In this document: in pieces, positions 1-10,761 of the stretch
Layout: each line of letters begins with the position of its first letter
How positions within the stretch are numbered: the first letter of the stretch is position 1
NCBI GenBank assembly: GCA_017161655.1
Contig: JADFCV010000004.1
Coordinates: 75,378-139,377 of the forward strand
Length of the DNA: 64,000 bases
From: Candidatus Sumerlaeota bacterium
GTDB taxonomy: Bacteria; Sumerlaeota; Sumerlaeia; Sumerlaeales; Sumerlaeaceae
Direction of reading: 5' to 3'
Translations under genes and position numbers: made by a program
Notes under the pieces: generated by a model
Database searches by the model: none
What the model was told of the DNA's origin: nothing
Seen by the model: the letters and a program-made list of their open reading frames with translations, nothing else

Positions 1-729
1 GAGGTGGCCTTGGGTGGTCCTCTTGATGTCGTGAATCTTCCGCCGCATTCCGATTTTCAACAGTATCGCCTGACGCCTGCGGAAACACGCGAAGCTTTCC
101 GAAAACGAGGGTGGCGACGCATTGTCGGCTTCCAGACCCGTAATCCGATTCACCGCGCTCACGAGTACATGCAGAAGGTCGCCATGGAAATCACCGACGG
201 GCTTTTTCTTCACCCCCTGGTCGGCAAAACAAAAGATGACGACGTTTCCGCCGAGCTGCGCATGCGCACCTACGAGGTCATCGTTGAGAAATACTACCCA
301 CGCGAGCGCGTCCTCATAGCTGTCAACCCCGCAGCCATGCGCTATGCGGGGCCACGCGAGGCGGTTTTCCACGCTCTTGTTCGTAAGAATTACGGGTGTT
401 CCCATTTTATCGTTGGGCGCGATCATGCGGGTGTGGGAAACTATTATGGCACCTTCGACGCGCACTACATCTTCGATAACTTTGATCCCCAGGCCATCGG
501 CATTGTGCCGTTGTTCTTCGATTACACCTTTTATTGCCGAGCCTGCGGCAACATGGCGAGTGTGAAAACCTGTCCACATTCGAAAGAACATCACGTGACG
601 CTCAGCGGCACGAAGGTTCGCGAAATGTTGAGCGCCGGCACCATGCCACCACCTGAGTTCACAAGGCCAGAAGTCGCCCAGATTCTCATTGAGGGCTATG
701 CGGCGCAGCAACAAGGGGCCGGAATCTAA
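1..729 (+). CDS. sat: Sulfate adenylyltransferase (ATP sulfurylase), C-terminal portion; 5' end lies outside the window
   Basis: Open frame continues to position 1. Signature motifs [11 protein letters not shown] and [12 protein letters not shown] are present. The C-terminal region is typical of ATP sulfurylase. Confidence 0.85.
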   Translation, partial: EVALGGPLDVVNLPPHSDFQQYRLTPAETREAFRKRGWRRIVGFQTRNPIHRAHEYMQKVAMEITDGLFLHPLVGKTKDDDVSAELRMRTYEVIVEKYYPRERVLIAVNPAAMRYAGPREAVFHALVRKNYGCSHFIVGRDHAGVGNYYGTFDAHYIFDNFDPQAIGIVPLFFDYTFYCRACGNMASVKTCPHSKEHHVTLSGTKVREMLSAGTMPPPEFTRPEVAQILIEGYAAQQQGAGI

Positions 730-776
730 TCTCACAAGCTTCTCCAAACCTTTCTTTCCCTGTCTCCCCACACCGT

Positions 777-804
777 GGCGGGATCCTTCGCACAGGATCC
801 CGCC
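777..804 (+). terminator. Putative rho-independent terminator downstream of sat
   Basis: Perfect 10-bp inverted repeat GGCGGGATCC-N8-GGATCCCGCC followed by TTGGCTTTATG, 48 bp after the sat stop codon. Confidence 0.45.
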
Positions 805-938
805 TTGGCTTTATGTCCAGTACTTCTGGCCGCTTGCAAATCCTTCCCTGGTCTCTCTATTAGTTCAGAAATTACAGAGATCGACCTTGTCGATCGTCCC
901 GGTTTGCGGAGAGCCGACACATTTAGGAGGCGTGGCCT

Positions 939-1733
939 ATGCTCAATCACGTGTTTGCGTTTCTTGTGGTTGTAGGAATTCTCGTGGGGCTGAGTTCCTC
1001 GCTTTATCAGGCGCAGCGAGGTGAGATTCTTTCAAAGGTCGTGGATGGCCGCGAGGTTGTGGAAATCCGGCCCTACACCACTCTCGCCGAAAAGATCAAA
1101 GCGGTTGCTTCTGCCGGTGACAAAATCACACAAGCCGCAATCAATACTGCCGGTTTCCGATATGAGGACCCCGTCACGAAACAGCCGAAGACGGGGGCAG
1201 TTGGCCTGGCCATCGACTATATAGGCATCATGGCGCTGTGGCTTGGCTTCATGAAAATTGCTGAAGCGGCAGGTCTCATTCAGCTCCTCGCCCGCGGCAT
1301 TGCTCCAATCTTTCGTTTTCTTTTTCCGCGTGTGCCAGTCGATCATCCCGCAGCGGGAGCGATGCTCATGAACATCGCCGCCAACGTGTTGGGGCTCGAC
1401 AATGCAGCCACGCCGCTGGGCATCAAAGCCATGAAAGAGCTTCAAGAACTCAACGGCCAGAAGGATACGGCTTCGAACGCCATGTGCATGTTTTTGGCTC
1501 TCAACACCTCAAGCCTGACTTTGTTGCCTGTTTCTGTGATTGGCTGGCGCGTGGCCTCGCATTCCGCCGCCCCAACGACAGTCATTGTCCCCATTCTCAT
1601 CGCAACCTTGTGCGGGAAAATCGCTGCCATTGTGGCTTGCAAGTTGCTCGAACGACTCAGCCCTGACACGCCGAGTACCCTCGAAGCCGTCAGTTCAGAA
1701 TCTGTTCGCACTCAGGAGGAGGAACGCAGATGA
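939..1733 (+). CDS. spmA: Spore maturation protein A-like (nucleoside recognition / Gate domain membrane protein)
   Basis: Strong similarity by eye to B. subtilis SpmA (IMALWLGFMKIAEAAGL, PRVPVDHPAAGAMLMNIAANVLGLDNAATPLGIKAM, FLALNTSSLTLLP). AGGAGG ribosome-binding site lies about 10 nt upstream of the ATG. Confidence 0.8.
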   Translation: MLNHVFAFLVVVGILVGLSSSLYQAQRGEILSKVVDGREVVEIRPYTTLAEKIKAVASAGDKITQAAINTAGFRYEDPVTKQPKTGAVGLAIDYIGIMALWLGFMKIAEAAGLIQLLARGIAPIFRFLFPRVPVDHPAAGAMLMNIAANVLGLDNAATPLGIKAMKELQELNGQKDTASNAMCMFLALNTSSLTLLPVSVIGWRVASHSAAPTTVIVPILIATLCGKIAAIVACKLLERLSPDTPSTLEAVSSESVRTQEEERR

Positions 1734-2269
1734 GAGAGTTTGTCGAACTCATCAATAGCTGGGTGATTCCGTTCATTTTTCTTTTCATCGTCGCCTATGG
1801 ATATGCGCGGCGCGTGAAGGTCTACGAAGTCTTCGTCGATGGAGCCAAGGAAGGTTTCAATGTTGCCGTGATGATCATCCCCTATCTCGTTGTGATCCTT
1901 TGCGCGATCGCCATCTTTCGCGCCAGCGGTGCCATGGACATGTTTGCCCGCGCGATTTCATATTTTCTCCCCCCATCCCTTGTCCCCACCGATGTCATTT
2001 TGCTAGCGCTGGTGAAACCACTCAGTGGTAGCGCAGCCCGCGGTGTCATGCTCGACATTTTCGCGCGCTATGGCGTGGACAGCCTGCCTGGTTTCATGGC
2101 GAGCGTGATTCAGGGGAGCACCGAAACGACGTTCTATGTTGTCGCCGTATATTTTGGAGCCATAGGCGTAAAAAATCCTCGTCACACCGTTGCTGCGGGC
2201 TTGACGGGCGAGTTTACGGGTATAGTAGTCTCCATTATTCTAGCTCACATTTATTTTGCGACCAAGTGA
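1730..2269 (+). CDS. spmB: Spore maturation protein B-like (nucleoside recognition domain membrane protein)
   Basis: 4-bp ATGA overlap with spmA. SpmB-like sequence (LVKPLSGSAARGVMLDIFARYGVDS, GSTETTFYVVAVYFG). Confidence 0.8.
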   Translation: MREFVELINSWVIPFIFLFIVAYGYARRVKVYEVFVDGAKEGFNVAVMIIPYLVVILCAIAIFRASGAMDMFARAISYFLPPSLVPTDVILLALVKPLSGSAARGVMLDIFARYGVDSLPGFMASVIQGSTETTFYVVAVYFGAIGVKNPRHTVAAGLTGEFTGIVVSIILAHIYFATK

Positions 2270-2308
2270 CTGGCATAGGACCATGATTCAGGAGTGGATT
2301 AGGCGAGC

Positions 2309-3205
2309 ATGAAACTGATCGGCCTGGCTTACGCTGCCTACGTTGCGCTCGTTCTCATTTATGGTTTTGCGACGGGGCGGCGCAAAGTGCTGCTCACGCA
2401 TCTCAAGTACAACGTCCTCGTACTTGGTGCCATCATCATGGTGCTTCCGTTTTACTGGATGGTCATCACCTCGTTTAAAGATTACGCAGAGGCGATGGCG
2501 TCTCCTCCCACATGGTGGCCAAGAAAGTTCTTGTGGCAGAATTACATTGAAGCGTGGCGCAAACCTGAAGTGGGGTTTGGCCGATATTTCTTCGTCAGCA
2601 CGTACACCGCTGTCGTATGCACGGTCGGCACCCTGGTCACAAGTGTCCTCGCTGGCTATGCCTTTGCGCGAATGGACTTTCTTGGTAAGGGGCTTTTTTT
2701 CTACATCGTGCTTGCCACGTTGATGGTCCCTGGCGAAGTCCTGCTGATCCCCAAGTACATCATCCTCGCCAATCTCGGCTGGCTCGATACCTACAAAGCT
2801 CTGATTGTGCCCTGGCTTGCCAGTGTGTTTACGATCTTCCTGGTGCGACAGTTCTTCATGACGATCCCGAACGATTTGTGGGATGCTGCACAGATTGACG
2901 GGGCGGGGCGTTGGCGTTTCCTGTGGCTGGTTATGGTGCCATTGTCGAAACCGGTGCTAATCACAAGTGGCATTTTCTCCTTCATCGGCACGTGGAACTC
3001 TCTCTTGTGGCCGATCGTTGTGACCTCGAAACCTGAAATGCGCACTCTCATGGTGGGCTTGCAGGTTATGAACACCGAAGCTGGCAGCGAGTTTCACTTG
3101 CTCATGGCGGCGTCAACTTTCTGCATTCTGCCCATCGTGATCGTCTTCTTTATTCTGCAGCGATTCTTCATCGAAGGCATCGCTCGCAGTGGGCTGAAAT
3201 CGTAA
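2309..3205 (+). CDS. Carbohydrate ABC transporter permease (MalG/AraQ-like), orphan
   Basis: Six predicted TM segments and an EAA loop (DAAQIDGAGRWRFLWLVMVP) typical of sugar ABC permease family 1. No cognate ATPase, substrate-binding protein or second permease is adjacent. Confidence 0.8.
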   Translation: MKLIGLAYAAYVALVLIYGFATGRRKVLLTHLKYNVLVLGAIIMVLPFYWMVITSFKDYAEAMASPPTWWPRKFLWQNYIEAWRKPEVGFGRYFFVSTYTAVVCTVGTLVTSVLAGYAFARMDFLGKGLFFYIVLATLMVPGEVLLIPKYIILANLGWLDTYKALIVPWLASVFTIFLVRQFFMTIPNDLWDAAQIDGAGRWRFLWLVMVPLSKPVLITSGIFSFIGTWNSLLWPIVVTSKPEMRTLMVGLQVMNTEAGSEFHLLMAASTFCILPIVIVFFILQRFFIEGIARSGLKS

Positions 3206-3256
3206 ACGTTCCTCCGGCAGCAAAGAATAGAACATCGTTGGTTCTCTAGCTTACGA

Positions 3257-4342
3257 TTGATGATCATTCGTAATACAACTCAGCTTCTTATGGGCGTGCC
3301 TCCTTGCGACGAAAACGGCCGTCCTCTCATGGTTGGCGGACAAGCCTTGATCGAAGGCGTCATGATGCGGGCTCCGCAGGGTGTGGCTATGGCCGTCCGC
3401 CGCCCCGACGGCTCAATTGTGGTACGGGCAGAACCTTACAAGCCACTCACCAAGCGCCACAAATGGCTTGGCCTTCCGATTATTCGCGGTGCCGTATCGC
3501 TTTTCGAGATGCTCCTCATAGGTTATCGAGCTCTCGAATTTTCTGCTCTTGAGGCCAGTCGCGAAAACTCAGAGGACGCTGTGGATAAGTCTTCCAGCTC
3601 CTCAAAACGCGAACTCGTGTTTTCCATTTTTATCGGTGTTGCGCTTGCGATCGGGCTCTTCGTCGTGCTTCCGAATCTCGCCACTCATTTCAGTGCTCTC
3701 CCATTCGCCGGCCGGGGACAACGTCTTCTCGAAGAGCACTCGCCCGTGCTCTACAACCTCATTTCTGGTGCGATCCGCATCGCGATTTTTGTCGCCTACG
3801 TTTGGCTCATTTCGAGGATGCCAGAGGTGCGACGGATGTTTCAGTATCATGGCGCTGAGCATAAGACCGTGAGCGCTTATGAAGCAGGGCTTCCGCTCAC
3901 TGTGGAGCACGCGAGGCGCTTTTCGACATTTCATCCCCGCTGTGGAACAACCTTTGTCGCAATCGTTTTGCTTGTTGCGGTTTTCGTTTTTGCCGTTTTT
4001 GCGCGCGTGCTGCTTGCCGTGTGGCCAAGCTTTGCCGACCTGCCGTTTGCTGCGCGGAAAGTACTTCTCATCGCAGGCCACATTGTTCTCATGCCGATTG
4101 TCGCAGGCGTATGTTTTGAGCTTCTCCGCCTTGGCGGCCGGTATCCTAACAATCCCTTGGCGAAAGTGTTCCTCGTGCCTGGCTATTGGTTTCAACGCCT
4201 GACCACGAAAGAGCCGGATGATTCCATGCTAGCCGTCGCCATTGTTGCCCTCGAACATGCATTCGCTGTGGCGGAGGAGCCCCTCACGGTGGTCTTGGAC
4301 TCAAAAGCACTAACAGAGGCCGAAGCACTTGCGGTGAGCTGA
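3257..4342 (+). CDS. DUF1385 (YqhQ-like) family membrane-associated protein
   Basis: N-terminal [14 protein letters not shown] motif characteristic of DUF1385/YqhQ. Central hydrophobic region. Confidence 0.75.
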   Translation: MMIIRNTTQLLMGVPPCDENGRPLMVGGQALIEGVMMRAPQGVAMAVRRPDGSIVVRAEPYKPLTKRHKWLGLPIIRGAVSLFEMLLIGYRALEFSALEASRENSEDAVDKSSSSSKRELVFSIFIGVALAIGLFVVLPNLATHFSALPFAGRGQRLLEEHSPVLYNLISGAIRIAIFVAYVWLISRMPEVRRMFQYHGAEHKTVSAYEAGLPLTVEHARRFSTFHPRCGTTFVAIVLLVAVFVFAVFARVLLAVWPSFADLPFAARKVLLIAGHIVLMPIVAGVCFELLRLGGRYPNNPLAKVFLVPGYWFQRLTTKEPDDSMLAVAIVALEHAFAVAEEPLTVVLDSKALTEAEALAVS

Positions 4343-4435
4343 AGGGCGCCCAACCGTCAAGGTGCGACAGCAGACAGGAAGCGTTATGCGGTTCTTCACT
4401 CCCACACGCTTCTAACAATGCCGCGAATTTTCGAG

Positions 4436-5785
<1,350 letters not shown>

Positions 5786-6022
5786 TCATTCCTCATGCGG
5801 CTGCTACCCTAGCACCACCGTTGATGATGACAATCCGCAGGAAAACCCCTTACGCAAGAACAATTGTACACAACCGCGTCTGCGTTTTGTCGCAGAGCGC
5901 CAAATCTCGGAGAGTCAGAAAAGTTGCGTGGGCGGCAATATGCTCCCGTCCTCAGCTAGCGCACAGGCCAGGCTCGGGAGTCGCTTGCCCTTTGTGGCAC
6001 ACGAGTGAAAAAACGAAGCAAG

Positions 6023-7066
6023 TTACTCGCGCTCCTTCAACCGCTCCTCGAGTTCTTTGACTTTTTCTGAAAGCTTTGCCACCTCGCTCACCAGGTCAGG
6101 GAGCTTTGCTTCGGCAGCCATGATGCGCGCAGCGAGCCGGAATGGCCGAGCAGGCGTTCCGAGAACCGTTTGACCATCCTCCAGGTGATCCTTCACGCCG
6201 CTACGTGCCATCACACGCACCCCTCTCCCAAGTTTCAAATTGTCCGCAATCCCAACCTGCGCTGCAAGGATACTGCCATCGCCGACAGATGAGCTTCCCG
6301 CAATTCCGACCTGTGCGACGATCACGCAATCGCGCCCAATGGTCACGTTGTGAGCAATCTGGACAAGATTATCGATCTTCGTTCCCGCACCGATGCGTGT
6401 CTCTGTGAAACTTGCACGGTCAATCGTGGTGTTCGCACCGATTTCCACGTCATCCTCAATCACCACGCGTCCCACCTGGGGGATCTTTGTCCATTTTCCG
6501 CCGATGACCTCGAATTTAAAGCCATCTCCTCCGATCACAGCACCGGCCTGGATGATCACCCGATTCCCAATTCGCGTTCCATGTTCTATGACGACATTCG
6601 GATGCAGGTGACAGTTCTGGCCAATTTCAACATCCGGACCAATGACACAACCTGGCTCTACAATGGTTCCGTCCCCAATCTTAGCTCGCGGACCAACCAC
6701 GGCGCGTGGCCCAATCCGGACCCCTTTTCCAACTTCAGCCGTCGCATCGACCACTGCAGCAGGGTCAACTCCTTCGAAGTAAACGGCTGCGTCCGCTGGG
6801 TAGAATCGTTCGAGAAGATAAAGCACGCCTCGCCACGGTTCCTCCAACACCACGCAGGTTTTGCCTGGGATTGCCAAACCTTCAGCCACGATGAGGGCGG
6901 AAGCTTGTGAGTTCCTGGCTGCTGGCAGATAGCGTTCATTTGCTACAAAAGAGACTTGTCCAGGCTTTGCTTGCTCTAACGTTGTCAGCCCCTGGATCTC
7001 GAAATCTTCCTCCAGTCCGACAATTTGCCCGCCAACTGCCTCAGCGAATTCGCGTAGTCGCATCAA
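6023..7066 (-). CDS. lpxD: UDP-3-O-(3-hydroxyacyl)glucosamine N-acyltransferase
   Basis: N-terminal LpxD domain followed by many left-handed beta-helix hexapeptide repeats (IGxxxxIG). C-terminal coiled-coil helix. Confidence 0.88.
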   Translation of the reverse strand: MMRLREFAEAVGGQIVGLEEDFEIQGLTTLEQAKPGQVSFVANERYLPAARNSQASALIVAEGLAIPGKTCVVLEEPWRGVLYLLERFYPADAAVYFEGVDPAAVVDATAEVGKGVRIGPRAVVGPRAKIGDGTIVEPGCVIGPDVEIGQNCHLHPNVVIEHGTRIGNRVIIQAGAVIGGDGFKFEVIGGKWTKIPQVGRVVIEDDVEIGANTTIDRASFTETRIGAGTKIDNLVQIAHNVTIGRDCVIVAQVGIAGSSSVGDGSILAAQVGIADNLKLGRGVRVMARSGVKDHLEDGQTVLGTPARPFRLAARIMAAEAKLPDLVSEVAKLSEKVKELEERLKERE

Positions 7067-7158
7067 AAGGTCCTATTCTTTTGTGAAAGTACTCGAGTCG
7101 TTTTGACTACGTCACGGCCACGTTCGGAACATGCATCTGAGGAATGCACCCTCTGGCG

Positions 7159-8310
7159 TCAACCGCGTTTTTCTGCAGCGAAGTTCTCAATGAGCTCGAT
7201 CATCTTGGACGTGACCTCGCCAAACGGGACCTGCTCGAGAATGAGCCGTCCTTCCCGATAGATTCTCGCCGTCTTACCACTTGCCACCACGCCAAGATCT
7301 GCTTCGGCGGCCTCACCCGGCCCATTTACATAGCAGCCCATCACGGACACTTTGACCGGCGCCGTGATGTGAGCTGTGCGCTGTTCGATTTCGCGAGCAA
7401 TTCGTGTCGTATCGAATCCCTGGTCCTCGCGACCACACGTCGGGCAAGCCACGACCTCCACACCATAGCTTCGCAGCCCCAGAGCCTGCAAAATCCTAAA
7501 TCCTGTCCGGACCTCTTCGATTTTATCCGGCGTCGATCGTGCGGCAATCGAAACGCGCAGCGTGTCGCCGATGCCTTCCAGCAGCAAGGCGCCGATGCCA
7601 ATGCTCGACTTGATATTCGAACTATCCTTGGTTCCGGCCTCAGTCACCCCTAAATGGAGAGGATAATCGCACGCCGCACTAAGCTGCCGGTAGGCCTGCA
7701 CCATGAGCGGAACGTTTGAGCTTTTCACGCTGATAATGATCCGGTAAAAATGGAGCGACTCGAGCATCTCCACGTTGCGCAGAGCGCTTTCTACGAGCGC
7801 CTCAGGCGGGTAGCCTTCTTCCGGTGGGGTGAGAATGTGATCGCGCACGTGGGCTCCGTACTTGAGTGCGATATCACGTTCCAACGAGCCGTTGTTCACA
7901 CCGATGCGAATGGGGAGACCAAATTCATTAGCGCGTTCGACCACAGCTCGCACGTTCTCCATCCCGCCAATGTTCCCAGGATTGATGCGGATTTTATCCA
8001 CATAAGGGGCCGATTCGAGAGCTAGCCTGTGGTTATAATGAATATCAGCAACCAGGGGAATCCCAGCGCAGCGCTTGCGAATCTCCGGTAACGCCCGTGC
8101 TGCCTTGGGTGTATCCACCGTCAATCTCACGATTTCGCAGCCGGCGTTCCAAAGAGCCTGGATCTGATCCACCGTGGCTTCGATATCGGCGGTGTCCGTG
8201 CTTGTCATACTCTGGACCCGAATCGGATGCTCGCCCCCAATGATCCAGGGGCCAACAGCAACCTCGCGGGTCTTGCGACGTTGTGGTAACAGATTGCGCA
8301 TTTTGCTCAT
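7159..8310 (-). CDS. ispG: 4-hydroxy-3-methylbut-2-en-1-yl diphosphate synthase (flavodoxin)
   Basis: GcpE signature (IRVQSMT, RINPGNIG, ACPTCGR, MGCYVNGPGE). 383 aa. Confidence 0.92.
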   Translation of the reverse strand: MSKMRNLLPQRRKTREVAVGPWIIGGEHPIRVQSMTSTDTADIEATVDQIQALWNAGCEIVRLTVDTPKAARALPEIRKRCAGIPLVADIHYNHRLALESAPYVDKIRINPGNIGGMENVRAVVERANEFGLPIRIGVNNGSLERDIALKYGAHVRDHILTPPEEGYPPEALVESALRNVEMLESLHFYRIIISVKSSNVPLMVQAYRQLSAACDYPLHLGVTEAGTKDSSNIKSSIGIGALLLEGIGDTLRVSIAARSTPDKIEEVRTGFRILQALGLRSYGVEVVACPTCGREDQGFDTTRIAREIEQRTAHITAPVKVSVMGCYVNGPGEAAEADLGVVASGKTARIYREGRLILEQVPFGEVTSKMIELIENFAAEKRG

Positions 8311-8361
8311 CGCCTGGCAAATACGGTTGGGAAAAGACTTACTTCAGTCGCGGCTGACTTC

Positions 8362-9621
8362 TCATTGTTGCGAATCAGAGCTTTTGCGATGTCGCCGGGC
8401 TTTCATCCACGCCTCCGGAATATAGACACAGTCCGGTTCCGGCGCCATGGCATCGCCATAAACGGCATAAGCGCGTGCGCGACTTCCCCCGCACACCCCG
8501 CGGTATTCGCACATACCACATTTGCCCTGGAGTTTGTCCGCGTCTCGCAGACTCACAAACACATCGTGCTCCCGATAAACCGTCACGGGCGAGTCCGCAG
8601 GAAATTTCCCGCACATGAGAGGAAGAAAACCGCTGGGGTAAATCTCGCCCGTATGACTCACGAACATGACCCCGCGCCCATCGTTTGTCCCAACAGGCGC
8701 TTGCTTACTCAGACCGTAAATTTGCTGGGGTGCTTCCTCAGGAGAGAGACCGAGCTTCTGCATGACAAAGCGGCGATAGTGTGGCGCCTCAGTGGATTTC
8801 ACCGCGTAAGGGCGCCGGCGCGATTCCGTGAAAAGCAACTCAAAAACACGTTCATACTGGCGTGCGCTTAGCCGACGCGCGTGCCGGGCGCGTCCCACCG
8901 GCACAAGGAAAAAGACCGACCACATCTGAACCGGCAACGTTTCCAACATATCGGCTAGCGGAACAAGCTCTTCCAGATTAGCGGCGAAAACCGTTGTGTT
9001 CACCTGCACGGGCAGGCCCACATCGCCAGCCCATCGGATCATCTCGAGACTCAAAGCGTGACTACCCTCGATGCCGCGGAAAGTATCATGCGTTTTGTGG
9101 CATGCACCGTCCAGGCTTACGCCAAATCCGCACGCACCGGCTTCTTTCATGGCTGCGACGGCCTTCTCGGTCATCAGCGGCGTGGGCGAGGGGGTCACGG
9201 CCATGCGGATTCCCACATGCCGACCGTGGGCAATAAGGTCCAATAGGTCGGGGCGCTTCATCGGATCTCCGCCCGTCAACACGACCATTGGTGGTTTGGG
9301 AAAACGCGACAGCTCTTCCAACAGCGCCGCGCTCTGCGCCGGCGTCAGTTGATCGCGCGCCGGATGGGGCATGGCGCTCGCGCGACAATGCGTGCACACG
9401 AGATCACAAGCGCGAGTGACCTCATAAAAAACGAGAAGAGGCGAGTGGTCAAAATCCTCACGCGAATAACCGTGGGAGGGATGTGACGGCCTTTCTTTTT
9501 TCTCGTTTTGCCTGGGGTCCGGAGTCACAGGCTGGACGTTTCGCGTGTCGCTCCGAGACGTGGTAGGTGTCCCGTCTTTGTGCTCAGGAGGCTCAACGTA
9601 GCTGTCCATGGGGCGATCCAT
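8362..9621 (-). CDS. Radical SAM / SPASM-domain protein with ~70-aa low-complexity N-terminal extension
   Basis: CDLVCTHC (CxxxCxxC) radical SAM motif. C-terminal Cys-rich SPASM-like region (CGKF...CGMCEYRGVCGG). Pro/Arg/Ser/Thr-rich N-terminus. Confidence 0.8.
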   Translation of the reverse strand: MDRPMDSYVEPPEHKDGTPTTSRSDTRNVQPVTPDPRQNEKKERPSHPSHGYSREDFDHSPLLVFYEVTRACDLVCTHCRASAMPHPARDQLTPAQSAALLEELSRFPKPPMVVLTGGDPMKRPDLLDLIAHGRHVGIRMAVTPSPTPLMTEKAVAAMKEAGACGFGVSLDGACHKTHDTFRGIEGSHALSLEMIRWAGDVGLPVQVNTTVFAANLEELVPLADMLETLPVQMWSVFFLVPVGRARHARRLSARQYERVFELLFTESRRRPYAVKSTEAPHYRRFVMQKLGLSPEEAPQQIYGLSKQAPVGTNDGRGVMFVSHTGEIYPSGFLPLMCGKFPADSPVTVYREHDVFVSLRDADKLQGKCGMCEYRGVCGGSRARAYAVYGDAMAPEPDCVYIPEAWMKARRHRKSSDSQQ

Positions 9622-9729
9622 CCTAGAATCTCTACCCGTGGCGCAATCATGCTGTTCGCTTTGTGTTGACCTCTGTCAAAATTTGGTCAAATTGTCCTAT
9701 ACTCGCAAAGAAAGGGAGGGCGTCTTGCC

Positions 9730-10761
9730 ATGCTCAGTCAGCAGTTAGGACGTTTAGCTTTCGTTCCTATTCTCTGTCTCAGTGCGATGACGTGCCTGTC
9801 GCAAACGGCTTATTTCTCCGTGGAGGGCAGGCTTGTCAGCTTTGACGGTCAGGCAATTCGCACCGTAGCGCCTCGCAAATCCACAGGCCAGGCCGCGCGC
9901 GTTGCTCGCGTGTGGGGAACCTATCAAGGGAAAATTGTCGCAACACTCGACTCTGAGCTAACAAGAACGGAAGAAGCCAAGGATGCGTCGGTGCCAGACG
10001 ACTCGCACGATCTCGCGCTTCTCACCTCGGACGGCTCGATAGAAAGAATTGTCGCTTCAAAAGTGGTGCGCGCGTTTCCCTCACGAGCTGGCGATGCTCT
10101 GGCCTACGTGACGAATGAGCGGCGTGCGGTGATTTGTCGCGGCGATTCACTCACCACATTGACCCTCGAAGGCCGAGTAAGCCATCTGGCTTGGTCGCCG
10201 GACTCCACGCGCCTGGCCATTGTCCTTTACCCAGAAGATTGGTCCGTCAATGCCGTGAACAACGCTTCCACCACCGATGAGTTCTTTCGTCTACAGACTT
10301 CTCGGATAGTGCTTCTTGATGCAATCTCGCTCGCGCCACTTGCAACCGTTGTGGAGAACGATGGCACCAACTACAATCCCTTCTTTTCCCCAGATGGCAC
10401 GAAGCTTTACTACATCCATCTTGATTTGATGAATGATCAGGGGGGCGTTCGCGAACTGTCCCTTGCGGATGTCGGGACCACCACCGGGAAACTCATCATT
10501 CCCACCGGGCAACAGACTGGCGGCGTGCCACTCGGCCGTGTTGGCACGTACTTGTGGATAGGGGAGAAGTTGATCCTGGAGGCAGGGACACCTGAAGGCG
10601 GTGGCATTCTTTGGACGGTCAGCCAGGACGGGACCAATCCAAAGGCTCTTGTTGAGGGCCGATTCCCGCAGCTTCTTGGGCCCAGTCGCCTCGCCTATCT
10701 CAAGCACGACGGCACGCCAGCTGTTCTCGAGACCGTTCCAGAGGAGGGTTCTGGAAAATGA
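9730..10761 (+). CDS. Secreted PD40/WD40-like beta-propeller repeat protein (TolB-like fold)
   Basis: Signal peptide (LAFVPILCLSAMTCLSQTA). Repeated W/F-SPDG motifs (LAWSPDSTRLAI, FFSPDGTKLYY). Confidence 0.6.
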   Translation: MLSQQLGRLAFVPILCLSAMTCLSQTAYFSVEGRLVSFDGQAIRTVAPRKSTGQAARVARVWGTYQGKIVATLDSELTRTEEAKDASVPDDSHDLALLTSDGSIERIVASKVVRAFPSRAGDALAYVTNERRAVICRGDSLTTLTLEGRVSHLAWSPDSTRLAIVLYPEDWSVNAVNNASTTDEFFRLQTSRIVLLDAISLAPLATVVENDGTNYNPFFSPDGTKLYYIHLDLMNDQGGVRELSLADVGTTTGKLIIPTGQQTGGVPLGRVGTYLWIGEKLILEAGTPEGGGILWTVSQDGTNPKALVEGRFPQLLGPSRLAYLKHDGTPAVLETVPEEGSGK

